From positions 1-12,418 of the forward strand of contig JAOZPA010000069.1 of the NCBI GenBank assembly GCA_029932985.1: 12,418 bases of DNA. Reading direction: 5' to 3'. A program made the translations under genes and the position numbers. This document shows, piece by piece, positions 1-7,287 of this stretch. Within the stretch, counting starts at the first letter, position 1, and every line of letters starts with the position of its first letter. The notes below the pieces were generated by a model. That model was given only the letters and a program-made list of their open reading frames with translations. It did no database searches and was not told the DNA's origin. The stretch comes from Campylobacterales bacterium. Its GTDB lineage: Bacteria > Campylobacterota > Campylobacteria > Campylobacterales > JAOZPA01.

Positions 1-307
1 TCTGATTAATGCCAGTATGTTTTTTATACAAAACTTTTAAATCTGCATAAATGTCCATCTCTTTTAAATCCAAAGGCACAATTTCAAAAAACTTTTTTAT
101 AAAATCAAGATTTTTACTAATTTCCTTTTTTTGAATCTCATCATTAGAATTTTTTAATCCATAATTAGTCTCATACAGAGTAATAATCGAAACCATAATA
201 ATATCGTCATCTTCAAGTTTATAGAATTTATCCAATAAAATATTATTCACTTGTTTTTCACTTCCTAGCAATGAAGTGATATTTGTATCTAAAATATATT
301 TTTTCAT
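1..307 (-). CDS. PIN-domain ribonuclease toxin (VapC-like); 3' end runs off the window
   Basis: Minus-strand ATG at 305-307 and an open frame to position 1 (absent from the ORF track because no stop is in the window). Hand translation MKKYILDTNITSLLGSEKQVNNILLDKFYKLEDDDIIMVSIITLYETNYGL...KKHTGINQ shows an N-terminal LDTN acidic motif, a conserved Glu in the TLYE block and a G-I-N-Q block, which is the typical PIN/VapC layout. It starts 6 nt after the stop of the upstream small ORF, as in antitoxin-toxin coupling. Confidence 0.7.
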   Translation of the reverse strand, partial: MKKYILDTNITSLLGSEKQVNNILLDKFYKLEDDDIIMVSIITLYETNYGLKNSNDEIQKKEISKNLDFIKKFFEIVPLDLKEMDIYADLKVLYKKHTGINQ

Positions 308-312
308 AATTT

Positions 313-558
313 TTACTTCAAATCTAGTAGCTCAAACCCCGAACGAATCTCTTTACTACAATCATTCAAATAATTAACCGTCTTATCACTCAAAGTCCCC
401 CTCATCTCATCCGCAACTTTTGCCCATTTTCCCTTTTTTTTTGTAGTATCAACTTGTTTTTTTAAAAACTCAATAATTAAATCTTTTATATCATCTATAT
501 TTTTTGTTTTAATAAAACTTGCTATCTCCCTATCATCAATATCTATTGCTAACTGCAC
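313..558 (-). CDS. putative antitoxin partner of the PIN toxin (81 aa; fold family not recognised)
   Basis: An 81-aa ORF lies immediately upstream of the PIN gene with a 6-nt gap. A GTG start at 556-558 is preceded by an AAAGGGG Shine-Dalgarno (RC of 563-569). The protein is small, charged and Lys-rich (TTKKKGKWAKVADEMRGTLSD...). Position and size fit a VapB-type antitoxin, but no RHH or AbrB signature is recognisable. Confidence 0.5.
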   Translation of the reverse strand: MQLAIDIDDREIASFIKTKNIDDIKDLIIEFLKKQVDTTKKKGKWAKVADEMRGTLSDKTVNYLNDCSKEIRSGFELLDLK

Positions 559-699
559 TTTTCACCCCTTTGTATTTTTTATATATATTGGCTTCAAAAC
601 CACCCAAAGCTCTAACTATTCCATTATGTCTTTTAACTATATTTTTTATATTTAAAATCATCTCTAATATAAAATCCACTCCTGAATCCAAAGATTTTT

Positions 700-987
700 T
701 AGACATAGATCACATCCTTTAAAATATATTTTTTGGCAGTTTGTGACAAATTATCAGATGGAGCTAAATCTACATCCCTTTTTATCTCTTTTGAAATAAT
801 CTGTTTTATCTCATCAAGCCTTTTAAACCCAATAAATCCACTATATTTATCAAAAAACAGTTTATCCAAATGATACAAAATATCTACATCACTATTTTTA
901 GTATAATCAACCCTAGCCTATTTCCTCTCCTTTCTGATATTTTTTTGCTTTGGCAGTTATAAATATTAATAAATAAACTAATTCCAT
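700..987 (-). pseudogene. possible frameshifted gene remnant (24-aa ATG ORF followed in another frame by a ~72-codon start-less ORF)
   Basis: A minus-strand ATG at 985-987 with an AAAGG RBS opens a 24-codon ORF (MELVYLLIFITAKAKKYQKGEEIG, stop at 913-915). In a different frame, 917 to 700 is open with no start codon (ARVDYTKNSDVDILYHLDKLFFDKYSGFIGFKRLDEIKQIISKEIKRDVDLAPSDNLSQTAKKYILKDVIYV*). A single frameshift would join them. No family is recognised. Confidence 0.2.
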
Positions 988-1018
988 AATTTTTACCTTT
1001 TTTTCATTTTGATTAGGT

Positions 1019-1030
1019 CGCCGTGCGGGG
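1019..1030. repeat. solo half-copy of a GC-rich palindromic intergenic repeat (CGCCGTGCGGGG)
   Basis: A 10/10 exact match (CCGTGCGGGG) to the right arm of the palindromic element at 6574-6587, in otherwise AT-rich DNA, 8 nt downstream of the DUF1016 gene stop. No partner arm lies nearby. Confidence 0.35.
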
Positions 1031-1038
1031 TCATAAAC

Positions 1039-2115
1039 CTAAATTTCCAAAGTATTAAGTTCATCTTCTATAAACTCTTTTATCTCTTGAATTGATGGGA
1101 GATTTATTTTATATTTGGAGACAAAAAGATGATTATCCAATCCTGCGGTGGCATATTCTACTTTTGTTTTGTTTTTATTTGCACACAGAATTAATCCTAT
1201 TGGAGGGTTATCGGTTTTTAATATAATCTCATTTTTATAATAATTTAGATAAAAATTCATCTGCCCGACATCGCTATGATGAAATTCTCGGATTTTCAGA
1301 TCTATCAAGATATGGCATTTCAAAATTCTATGGTAAAATACTAAATCAATTCTATCGTGTTGGTTATCTATTGAAACTCTTTTTTGCCGTGCCTCGAAAC
1401 AAAAACCGTTACCAAGTTCTAGCAAGAAATCTTGAAGATGGTTCAAAAGAGTGGATTCAAGGTCATTTTCACTATATTTTATTTTTTGCTCTAATCCTGT
1501 GAATTCTAAAATGTAGGGGTCTTTGATGATTTGCTGGGGAGTGAGAGTTTGAGAGTTGTTATTTATGGAATCTATTAACTCTTTTTTATCGGTAGATAAT
1601 CCAACTCTTTCGTAAGTCATTGAATTTATTTGTCGTTTTAACTCTCTCACACTCCAATTACCTTTTATCGCTTCAACTTCATAAAATAATCTTTTTAAAT
1701 CATCATCCAATCTTAATAATTCTATAAAATGGCTAAATGAAAATCTATTTAAAAGCTTATCTATGGGTACTTGCAGAGATTTATCAGGTGATGATTGGCT
1801 TTTTAAATTTTGGATTTTGAATTTAACAGACACTGTCTGTTGAATCTGTGGATATTCTAAATAAAAAGTTCTATACAATCTTAAATTAGTGGGAGACATA
1901 CCCTTTAAATATTTTAATTTTTGAGCTAAATTATGAATAATTTTACTACCATATTCTGCTCTATCCTCTCCATTTTGTTCATATTCAACTATGAAATATC
2001 CTATAAGCCAATTTCGTAAAGTTAAATTTTTACTTATATTCTTTATTGTTTGTATTTGAATAGTGTTATGAATGTCATCTATTTTGTCAACTAATATTTC
2101 TAAAGTATTATTCAT
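1039..2115 (-). CDS. DUF1016 / YhcG-family protein with C-terminal PD-(D/E)xK nuclease domain
   Basis: A 358-aa ORF. The N-terminal region matches the YhcG_N pattern (LTLRNWLIGYFIVEYEQNGEDRAEYGSKIIHNLAQKL ... NWSVRELKRQI). The C-terminus carries the DUF1016 PDDEXK core (GNGFCFEARQKRVSIDNQHDRIDLVFYHRILKCHILIDLKIREFHHSDVGQMNFYLNYY ... PPIGLILCANKNKTKVEYA). The RBS AGGA lies 9 nt before the ATG. Confidence 0.85.
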   Translation of the reverse strand: MNNTLEILVDKIDDIHNTIQIQTIKNISKNLTLRNWLIGYFIVEYEQNGEDRAEYGSKIIHNLAQKLKYLKGMSPTNLRLYRTFYLEYPQIQQTVSVKFKIQNLKSQSSPDKSLQVPIDKLLNRFSFSHFIELLRLDDDLKRLFYEVEAIKGNWSVRELKRQINSMTYERVGLSTDKKELIDSINNNSQTLTPQQIIKDPYILEFTGLEQKIKYSENDLESTLLNHLQDFLLELGNGFCFEARQKRVSIDNQHDRIDLVFYHRILKCHILIDLKIREFHHSDVGQMNFYLNYYKNEIILKTDNPPIGLILCANKNKTKVEYATAGLDNHLFVSKYKINLPSIQEIKEFIEDELNTLEI

Positions 2116-2173
2116 CTTTTAAATCCTGCTAATTTCTCATTTTCGGTCATTAATTTTTGTAACTCTTCACTCA

Positions 2174-3190
2174 CTATTTATCCTTGTTTAAAAGCTCTTT
2201 GAGTAAATCTGGGGTGATATTTAATTGTCCAATTTTTTGAGACGAATTAGCAAGGTCTTGAAATGATTGAGCGATTAATTGGTCTGGACTCATTCCCGAA
2301 CTTGTGATAGCTTGAATTGTTTTGGTATCGACATTTTCTAGCGATTTCATCAAAACCTCCAAAGCATAAGCTTTTGCATCCGACTCTTTTTTGGCATTGA
2401 CCATCGCCAAATCTACAAGCTTACTATTTTTTTCCTCAATAATAATTTTAGAGTTCATCTTTGACTCTTTGAGCTTGTGTTTTTGGGCTTGAATCGCCTT
2501 TTTTGCCTCCATTTGAGCTTCTTGAATCTCCCGTTTTTTATTCTCAACAGCAATTTCAGTATTTAGCTCATTCTCCTTGATTGCCCTCTCTTGCTCAACC
2601 GAAGCATTTCGCCGTGAATAGATAGCCTCATCCGCTTTTTTCAGTAAATTCTCTCTAGCTTCCGCTTCTAATGCTCGTGAAGTTTCAGGATTTGGACGGA
2701 TTGCCAGTAGCGAAAAACTCAAAATCTCAATCCCCAACGAATTTAACTCTGCAGAGTTTGGGATAGCTTGATAAACCTCTTTTGCAATCTCCTCAACGGA
2801 AATTAAAACATCGGCTAGGGGCAGTTTAGCCACCGCTTTATTGGTTATAACTTGCACTTGATTTATCACTTTTTGAGGGAGCTTTTGGGGGTCGTGAGAG
2901 ATATGTTTTTGAGTATTTGAATCTATTGCAAAATCCATTAATTTAGCAATTTTATGCACATCAGTTATCTTGTATGAAACTTGCCCTTGAATCGTAATAG
3001 TTTGAAAATCGCTACTTGTCTCCTCAAAGATAAACGGCACATCTTCACTTCCAATAGAGATTGAAACAAGTGTTGTGATTGGAGCATAATAGAAAAAGGA
3101 CAATCCCACACCCTTATTTTTGAGTGAACCATTTTGATATTTGAAAAGATAAGTCGTTGGTGAATTTTTGATATATTTTAAGCCTAACAT
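2174..3190 (-). CDS. SPFH / band-7 (flotillin-like) domain protein with coiled-coil Glu/Ala/Lys-rich C-terminal region; no obvious N-terminal membrane anchor
   Basis: A 338-aa ORF. The SPFH core reads VPFIFEETSSDFQTITIQGQVSYKITD ... LGIEILSFSLLAIRPNPETSRALEAEA, followed by a long EA/K-rich helical stretch (ENLLKKADEAIYSRRNASVEQERAIKENELNTEIAVENKKREIQEAQMEAKKAIQAQ) resembling flotillin EA repeats. It lies 58 nt upstream of and co-directional with the DUF1016 gene. Confidence 0.85.
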   Translation of the reverse strand: MLGLKYIKNSPTTYLFKYQNGSLKNKGVGLSFFYYAPITTLVSISIGSEDVPFIFEETSSDFQTITIQGQVSYKITDVHKIAKLMDFAIDSNTQKHISHDPQKLPQKVINQVQVITNKAVAKLPLADVLISVEEIAKEVYQAIPNSAELNSLGIEILSFSLLAIRPNPETSRALEAEARENLLKKADEAIYSRRNASVEQERAIKENELNTEIAVENKKREIQEAQMEAKKAIQAQKHKLKESKMNSKIIIEEKNSKLVDLAMVNAKKESDAKAYALEVLMKSLENVDTKTIQAITSSGMSPDQLIAQSFQDLANSSQKIGQLNITPDLLKELLNKDK

Positions 3191-3304
3191 TTTGAATCCT
3201 TTTGCTAATTTTGTCTTTAAGTTGTTAATTGTATCTAAAAAATAGAAAAGGTTGAGTAAAAAGTTAAATAAATATTTTTCTTTATCTGAAATTTATCAAT
3301 TTTT

Positions 3305-3312
3305 TGTATAAT
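3305..3312 (+). promoter_or_regulatory. candidate -10 element (TGTATAAT) for moxR
   Basis: TATAAT at 3307-3312 is immediately preceded by TG, about 32 nt upstream of the moxR ATG, with an AGGATGG RBS at 3334-3340. The surrounding region is the AT-rich divergent intergenic space shared with the SPFH gene. Confidence 0.3.
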
Positions 3313-3344
3313 ATTTTTTTCGTTAAATTAATTTAGGATGGAAT

Positions 3345-4292
3345 ATGAGAGAAAAAATCAAACAGATAAAAGATGAAATTGCTAAGGTGATGGTTGGGCA
3401 GAAGGGGATGATTGATTCGCTTTTGATTGGGCTTTTGTGCGATGGGCATATTTTGCTTGAGGGTGTACCAGGACTGGCAAAGACTACGGCGGTAAATGCT
3501 TTTAGTAAAGTGTTGGGGTTGAATTTTAAGCGGGTGCAATTCACTCCAGATTTGCTTCCTAGTGATATAATTGGGACAGAGATTTATGACCCCAAAAATG
3601 GAGATTTCAAAATCAAAAAGGGCCCAATTTTTACGAATCTACTTTTGGCAGATGAGATAAATCGAGCCCCTGCAAAAGTGCAATCGGCGTTGCTTGAAGT
3701 TATGCAGGAGAAACAGGCGACAATTGGGGATAATACTTTTGAGATAAGTCGTCCATTTTTGACTCTTGCGACTCAAAATCCTGTGGAATCTGAGGGGGCT
3801 TACAATCTGCCAGAGGCTCAACTTGACCGTTTTATGTTTAAAATTGTGGTGACTTACAACACAAAAAAGGAGGAGTTAGAGATTGCTCGTCGGGTGGCTT
3901 ATAAGGGTTTTGAGGAGATTAAAAATGTGGCAAATTTGGATGATATAAACCAAATCAAAGATGAGATTTCACAAATTCACATCGATAAAGAGTTGGAAGA
4001 GTATATAATTGAGTTGATTTTTGCAACTCGTGAACCTGCGAAATATGGGGTGAGTGAGCTGGATGAATATATCAGATTTGGGGCAAGTCCACGGGCGAGT
4101 ATTGATATGTTTAAGGTGGTAAAAGCTTTGGCTTATATGCGAAATCGTGATTTTGTAACCCCAGTGGATGTGGCATATATGATAAAAGATGTGTTGCGAC
4201 ATAGGATAATTTTGAGCTATGAGGCGGAAGCGGATGATATAACAACGGATTATATTTTGACTAAAATTTTGGAAGTTGTGCCAATTCCGTAG
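3345..4292 (+). CDS. MoxR-family AAA+ ATPase
   Basis: A 315-aa ORF with Walker A LLEGVPGLAKTT, Walker B LLLADEINRAP, and MoxR-typical blocks (VQFTPDLLPSDIIGTEIY, ATQNPVESEGAYNLPEAQLDRF, RFGASPRASI). No VWA/DUF58 partner gene follows. Confidence 0.92.
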   Translation: MREKIKQIKDEIAKVMVGQKGMIDSLLIGLLCDGHILLEGVPGLAKTTAVNAFSKVLGLNFKRVQFTPDLLPSDIIGTEIYDPKNGDFKIKKGPIFTNLLLADEINRAPAKVQSALLEVMQEKQATIGDNTFEISRPFLTLATQNPVESEGAYNLPEAQLDRFMFKIVVTYNTKKEELEIARRVAYKGFEEIKNVANLDDINQIKDEISQIHIDKELEEYIIELIFATREPAKYGVSELDEYIRFGASPRASIDMFKVVKALAYMRNRDFVTPVDVAYMIKDVLRHRIILSYEAEADDITTDYILTKILEVVPIP

Positions 4293-4377
4293 ATGTAAGC
4301 AATCAAGTAACATTAATTTGGAATTTGCCATAGTTTAATGGTGAGTAAAAAAAATAGTTTTAATTTTAGAGATTATG

Positions 4378-4386
4378 TGTTATAAT
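4378..4386 (+). promoter_or_regulatory. extended -10 promoter element TGtTATAAT upstream of the response-regulator gene
   Basis: A perfect TGnTATAAT at 4378-4386 lies 30 nt upstream of the ATG at 4416. The GGAGA RBS at 4406-4410 has 5-nt spacing. Confidence 0.4.
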
Positions 4387-4415
4387 AGCAAAATTAATTT
4401 AAACTGGAGAATTAA

Positions 4416-5411
4416 ATGGAAAAATTTAATATTTTGATAGTAGATGATGAGCCAGAAAATATTAGAGTGATTGCGAATATTCTGCAAGATACAAATCAAT
4501 ATAATTTAGTTTATGCTCTTGATGGCGAGTCTGCATTGAAGCGAATTGAGGAAAATAGATTTGATTTAATACTGCTTGATATTATGATGAATCCGATGAA
4601 TGGATTTGTGGTATGCAAAAGAATTAAAGAAAATAAAAATTACAAGAATACTCCTGTCATATTTTTGAGTGCCGCGACCGATAATGAGTCAATTTTTGAG
4701 GGATTTTTGGTGGGAGGAGTGGATTATATCCTAAAACCATTTAACCCTTATGAATTACAAATTAGAATCAAAAGTCATATAAATATAAAAATAAATTTTG
4801 ACAATGAGCTAAATAAAGCACACAAAAAGTTGCTTGATACTCTACTGTGTCTTGCAAACATCAAAACAGGGGAGCATTTTGATGGACACTCAAATAGAGT
4901 TAGCCAATATGCAGAAGTTTTGGGATTTTTCTCTGACTTTAGCAAACAGCAAATCAATGATTTAAAAATCGCTGCATCTCTACATGACATCGGCAAAATT
5001 GCAATCAGCGACGAAGTTTTAAACAAAAACACCTCATTAAATGTCAAAGAAAACAATATTTTGAAAAAACATACCACTTTGTCTGATGAAATCTTAAAAC
5101 ATTCAAATCACAAAACATTCAAAATTGCCAAAAATGTAGCATCACGACATCACGAAAAATGGGATGGTTCAGGCTATCCAAAGGGGCTAATTGGTTCAAA
5201 AATTGACATCTATTCACGAATCATAGCACTTGCAAACTCTTATGACAATCTAACTACCAAACGAGGTTCAAAAGATGCATGGAATTTAGAAGATACCAAA
5301 AATTTTATAAAATATGAGAGTGCCAAAAGTTTTGACCCAGATTTAGTATCGATATTTATAGACAAATTTGATGAGTTTGAAGAGTTATATAATGGTTTTT
5401 TTAATAATTAA
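4416..5411 (+). CDS. two-component response regulator with receiver domain fused to HD-GYP c-di-GMP phosphodiesterase domain (RpfG-like)
   Basis: A 331-aa ORF. The REC domain is ILIVDDEP...DLILLDIMM...VIFLSAAT...YILKPF, with Asp, Thr and Lys in canonical positions. The HD-GYP domain has HDIGK and HHEKWDGSGYP motifs. Confidence 0.9.
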   Translation: MEKFNILIVDDEPENIRVIANILQDTNQYNLVYALDGESALKRIEENRFDLILLDIMMNPMNGFVVCKRIKENKNYKNTPVIFLSAATDNESIFEGFLVGGVDYILKPFNPYELQIRIKSHINIKINFDNELNKAHKKLLDTLLCLANIKTGEHFDGHSNRVSQYAEVLGFFSDFSKQQINDLKIAASLHDIGKIAISDEVLNKNTSLNVKENNILKKHTTLSDEILKHSNHKTFKIAKNVASRHHEKWDGSGYPKGLIGSKIDIYSRIIALANSYDNLTTKRGSKDAWNLEDTKNFIKYESAKSFDPDLVSIFIDKFDEFEELYNGFFNN

Positions 5412-5444
5412 TTTGACCTATTATTTGGCAAAAAAACTCTCTTT

Positions 5445-5717
5445 ATGAAGGAATTAAAGGAGTTTCAACAAGCTTTAAGCACTCTTGGGGTCTTTAAATA
5501 CACCACACAAAAAGAGTTAAAAAAGCGATATTTGGAGTTGTCTAAGATTCACCATCCAGATATGCACAAAGGTAATCAAAAAAATTTTATAGAGATAAAT
5601 CAAGCCTATATAATTGTAAAAAATTATATGGAAAATTTTAGTTTTCTGCTGGATGAAGAGGAGTTTTATTCTCAAAATCCACAGTTAAAACTTGCAAAAC
5701 AATTTAATTATTTTTAA
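5445..5717 (+). CDS. small J-domain (DnaJ-like) protein, 90 aa
   Basis: KELKKRYLELSKIHHPDMHKGNQKNFIEINQAYIIV matches the J-domain helix II, HPD loop and helix III. No Shine-Dalgarno is visible, and the ORF is in the same frame as the upstream gene, separated only by its TAA and 11 codons. Confidence 0.65.
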   Translation: MKELKEFQQALSTLGVFKYTTQKELKKRYLELSKIHHPDMHKGNQKNFIEINQAYIIVKNYMENFSFLLDEEEFYSQNPQLKLAKQFNYF

Positions 5718-5728
5718 AGGGGAAAAAA

Positions 5729-6526
5729 TTGAGATTAAATAAATACATTTCACACAATACAAAACATTCACGACGAGAAGCGGACAAATTGATAGAGGAG
5801 GGCAAAATCCGAGTTGGACGAGAGATTATGAAAGATTTTAGCTATCAAGTCGAAAGAAATGATAAAGTTTTTTTAGGTGCTAAGGCAATTATACGAAAAA
5901 ATATCTTTACAGTCATTTTATATAATAAGAAAAAAGGTGAGCTAGTCACCAAAAAAGATGACAGAGAGAGACAAACAGTTTTTCACTCTTTGCCACACAA
6001 ATATAGCAGTTTTCTCCCAATCGGACGACTAGATTTTGCCAGTGAGGGTCTGTTACTCCTCACCGATTCCCCAAATGTTGCTAATAGATTGATGAATAGC
6101 AACTTGGAGCGAATCTACTATTTAAGAGTCAAGGGCGAAATTTCACCACTTGCAGAAGATGCAATGAAAAGAGGAATCTTTCTCGAAGATGCCACAAAGG
6201 GAGGTTTCAAAGATAGCAAAATCCACTCAATGGACATAAAACCATTTCTTTGGTACAATATCATCAAAAATCACAAAGATTACTCAACCATCAAAGTAGC
6301 TTTAATGGAGGGGCAAAATAGAGAATTACGACGATTTTTCGCCTACTTTGGAAATGATGTGGTTTCACTAAAAAGATTGGGATTTGGTGGAATAGAGTTA
6401 GGAATGCTAAAAGAGGGTAAAAACCGATTCTTGACCACAAATGAATATGAAAACCTTAGAGAATATTTAAAAGTCATAGCCACTAAAGAAAAAAAAATCG
6501 CAAGAGCCAAAAATAGAAAATCATAA
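5729..6526 (+). CDS. rluB: RsuA/RluB-family rRNA pseudouridine synthase (S4 domain + catalytic domain), TTG start
   Basis: A 265-aa ORF. The N-terminal S4 motif is RLNKYISHNTKHSRREADKLIEEGKIRV. The catalytic motif is GRLDFASEGLLLLTDSPNVANRL. A Lys-rich C-terminal tail is typical of RluB. A TTG start at 5729 is needed to include the S4 domain and is preceded by AAAGGGGAAAAAA. Assignment to rluB rather than rsuA or rluF is tentative. Confidence 0.85.
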   Translation: MRLNKYISHNTKHSRREADKLIEEGKIRVGREIMKDFSYQVERNDKVFLGAKAIIRKNIFTVILYNKKKGELVTKKDDRERQTVFHSLPHKYSSFLPIGRLDFASEGLLLLTDSPNVANRLMNSNLERIYYLRVKGEISPLAEDAMKRGIFLEDATKGGFKDSKIHSMDIKPFLWYNIIKNHKDYSTIKVALMEGQNRELRRFFAYFGNDVVSLKRLGFGGIELGMLKEGKNRFLTTNEYENLREYLKVIATKEKKIARAKNRKS

Positions 6527-6527
6527 A

Positions 6528-6587
6528 TTTGGGGGTTAATGACCCCAAACGGAAATTTTTAAAATCCCTATTAATTTCCGTGCGGGG
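6528..6587. terminator. compound hairpin region between convergent genes: hairpin A 6528-6549 and palindromic-repeat hairpin B 6543-6587 share the CCCCAAA segment
   Basis: Hairpin A is TTTGGGG(6528-6534)/CCCCAAA(6543-6549) with an 8-nt loop, starting 2 nt after the rluB-like stop. Hairpin B is CCCCAAACGGAAAT(6543-6556)/ATTTCCGTGCGGGG(6574-6587), with 12 of 14 positions pairing and a 17-nt loop. It ends 8 nt before the stop (6596) of the convergent minus-strand gene. Confidence 0.5.
6543..6587. repeat. GC-rich palindromic intergenic repeat, copy 1 (CCCCAAACGGAAAT-N17-ATTTCCGTGCGGGG)
   Basis: The same 14-nt left arm recurs exactly at 8585-8598 with a matching inverted right arm. A half-copy lies at 1019-1030. 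Confidence 0.55.
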
Positions 6588-6595
6588 ACTGAGGT

Positions 6596-7285
6596 TTATA
6601 AAATCATAGGAAATTTTAATTTAATTGTCTTATCTTGAACGAATAGATTTATATGTGCTTTATGGGCTTGATATTCAAACTCTCTATCTATAGTTATTTT
6701 TTTATTATTTATAAATTTTATAAATATGATTTGATATTTTTTCTTTTTGATAATCTCATATTCGCCAATTTCGAGGGAAATTTTGATCTTTAAATAGCTA
6801 CTTTGTTTAAAGAGTGTAAAGCAATTATTTAGAGTTAGTAGAAATTCATTAATATTGATTTTTATTTCAGGGATGGAGACATCGTAAATCTCTTGAATTT
6901 TGGTATTTTGAAGAAGTGTGGTGGTTTTTGAGATTTCAATGAGGCTAAAAATATTAACAAATTCGATATTATTCATCTTTTTTGTCAAAAGTTCAGTGCA
7001 AATCTCTTTATATAATTGAATTCCAATCTCATTTTCATTCAGATAACCTACCAAAATAGCATAATAATTATTTTGCCCATATTTGAGGTTTATAAATTTA
7101 TACTCAAAACCAAAACTGTGTGAAGCATATTGAATCGCTAAACTGTATAGCTCTTTTGGCGAGACGGTATTAAAAAGAAATTCCGCTTCTTTATTGAACT
7201 CTTGTAAATCTCCATTATTATCAAAAAGGATAAATGGGTTTAGGTTGTTTTCTATTAAATTCTTATAAAAATTATTATTTTTCAT
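6596..7285 (-). CDS. hypothetical protein with N-terminal PAS-like region and unrecognised C-terminal half
   Basis: A 229-aa ORF. Residues ~15-100 (NPFILFDNNGDLQEFNKEAEFLFNTVSPKELYSLAI ... YYAILVGYLNENEIGIQLY) follow the PAS pattern. The remainder (EFLLTLNNCFTLF ... IKISLEIGEYEII) could be a degenerate kinase-like ATPase N-box with no G-boxes, or something else. The start lies 2 nt after the upstream regulator's stop, so the two are probably co-transcribed. Confidence 0.45.
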   Translation of the reverse strand: MKNNNFYKNLIENNLNPFILFDNNGDLQEFNKEAEFLFNTVSPKELYSLAIQYASHSFGFEYKFINLKYGQNNYYAILVGYLNENEIGIQLYKEICTELLTKKMNNIEFVNIFSLIEISKTTTLLQNTKIQEIYDVSIPEIKININEFLLTLNNCFTLFKQSSYLKIKISLEIGEYEIIKKKKYQIIFIKFINNKKITIDREFEYQAHKAHINLFVQDKTIKLKFPMIL

Positions 7286-7287
7286 TA

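Noticed and set aside
519-722. 67-aa plus-strand ORF (MLSPYHQYLLLTALF...)
   Set aside because: It overlaps the antitoxin gene antisense. The sequence is hydrophobic low-complexity typical of AT-rich antisense frames, with no RBS.
3323-4331. Several minus-strand ORFs (3323-3544, 3333-3539, 3639-3821, 3969-4331) inside moxR
   Set aside because: They are antisense to a strongly supported MoxR CDS, with no conserved motifs. Such shadow ORFs are expected in AT-rich DNA.
4293-4415. TTGGAATTTGCCA at ~4319-4331 resembling a sigma-54 promoter
   Set aside because: The GG-to-GC spacing is 6 nt instead of ~11, and a perfect TGnTATAAT lies closer to the gene.
4775-5077. 100-aa minus-strand ORF inside the response-regulator gene
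   Set aside because: It is antisense to a well-supported REC/HD-GYP CDS and is low-complexity.
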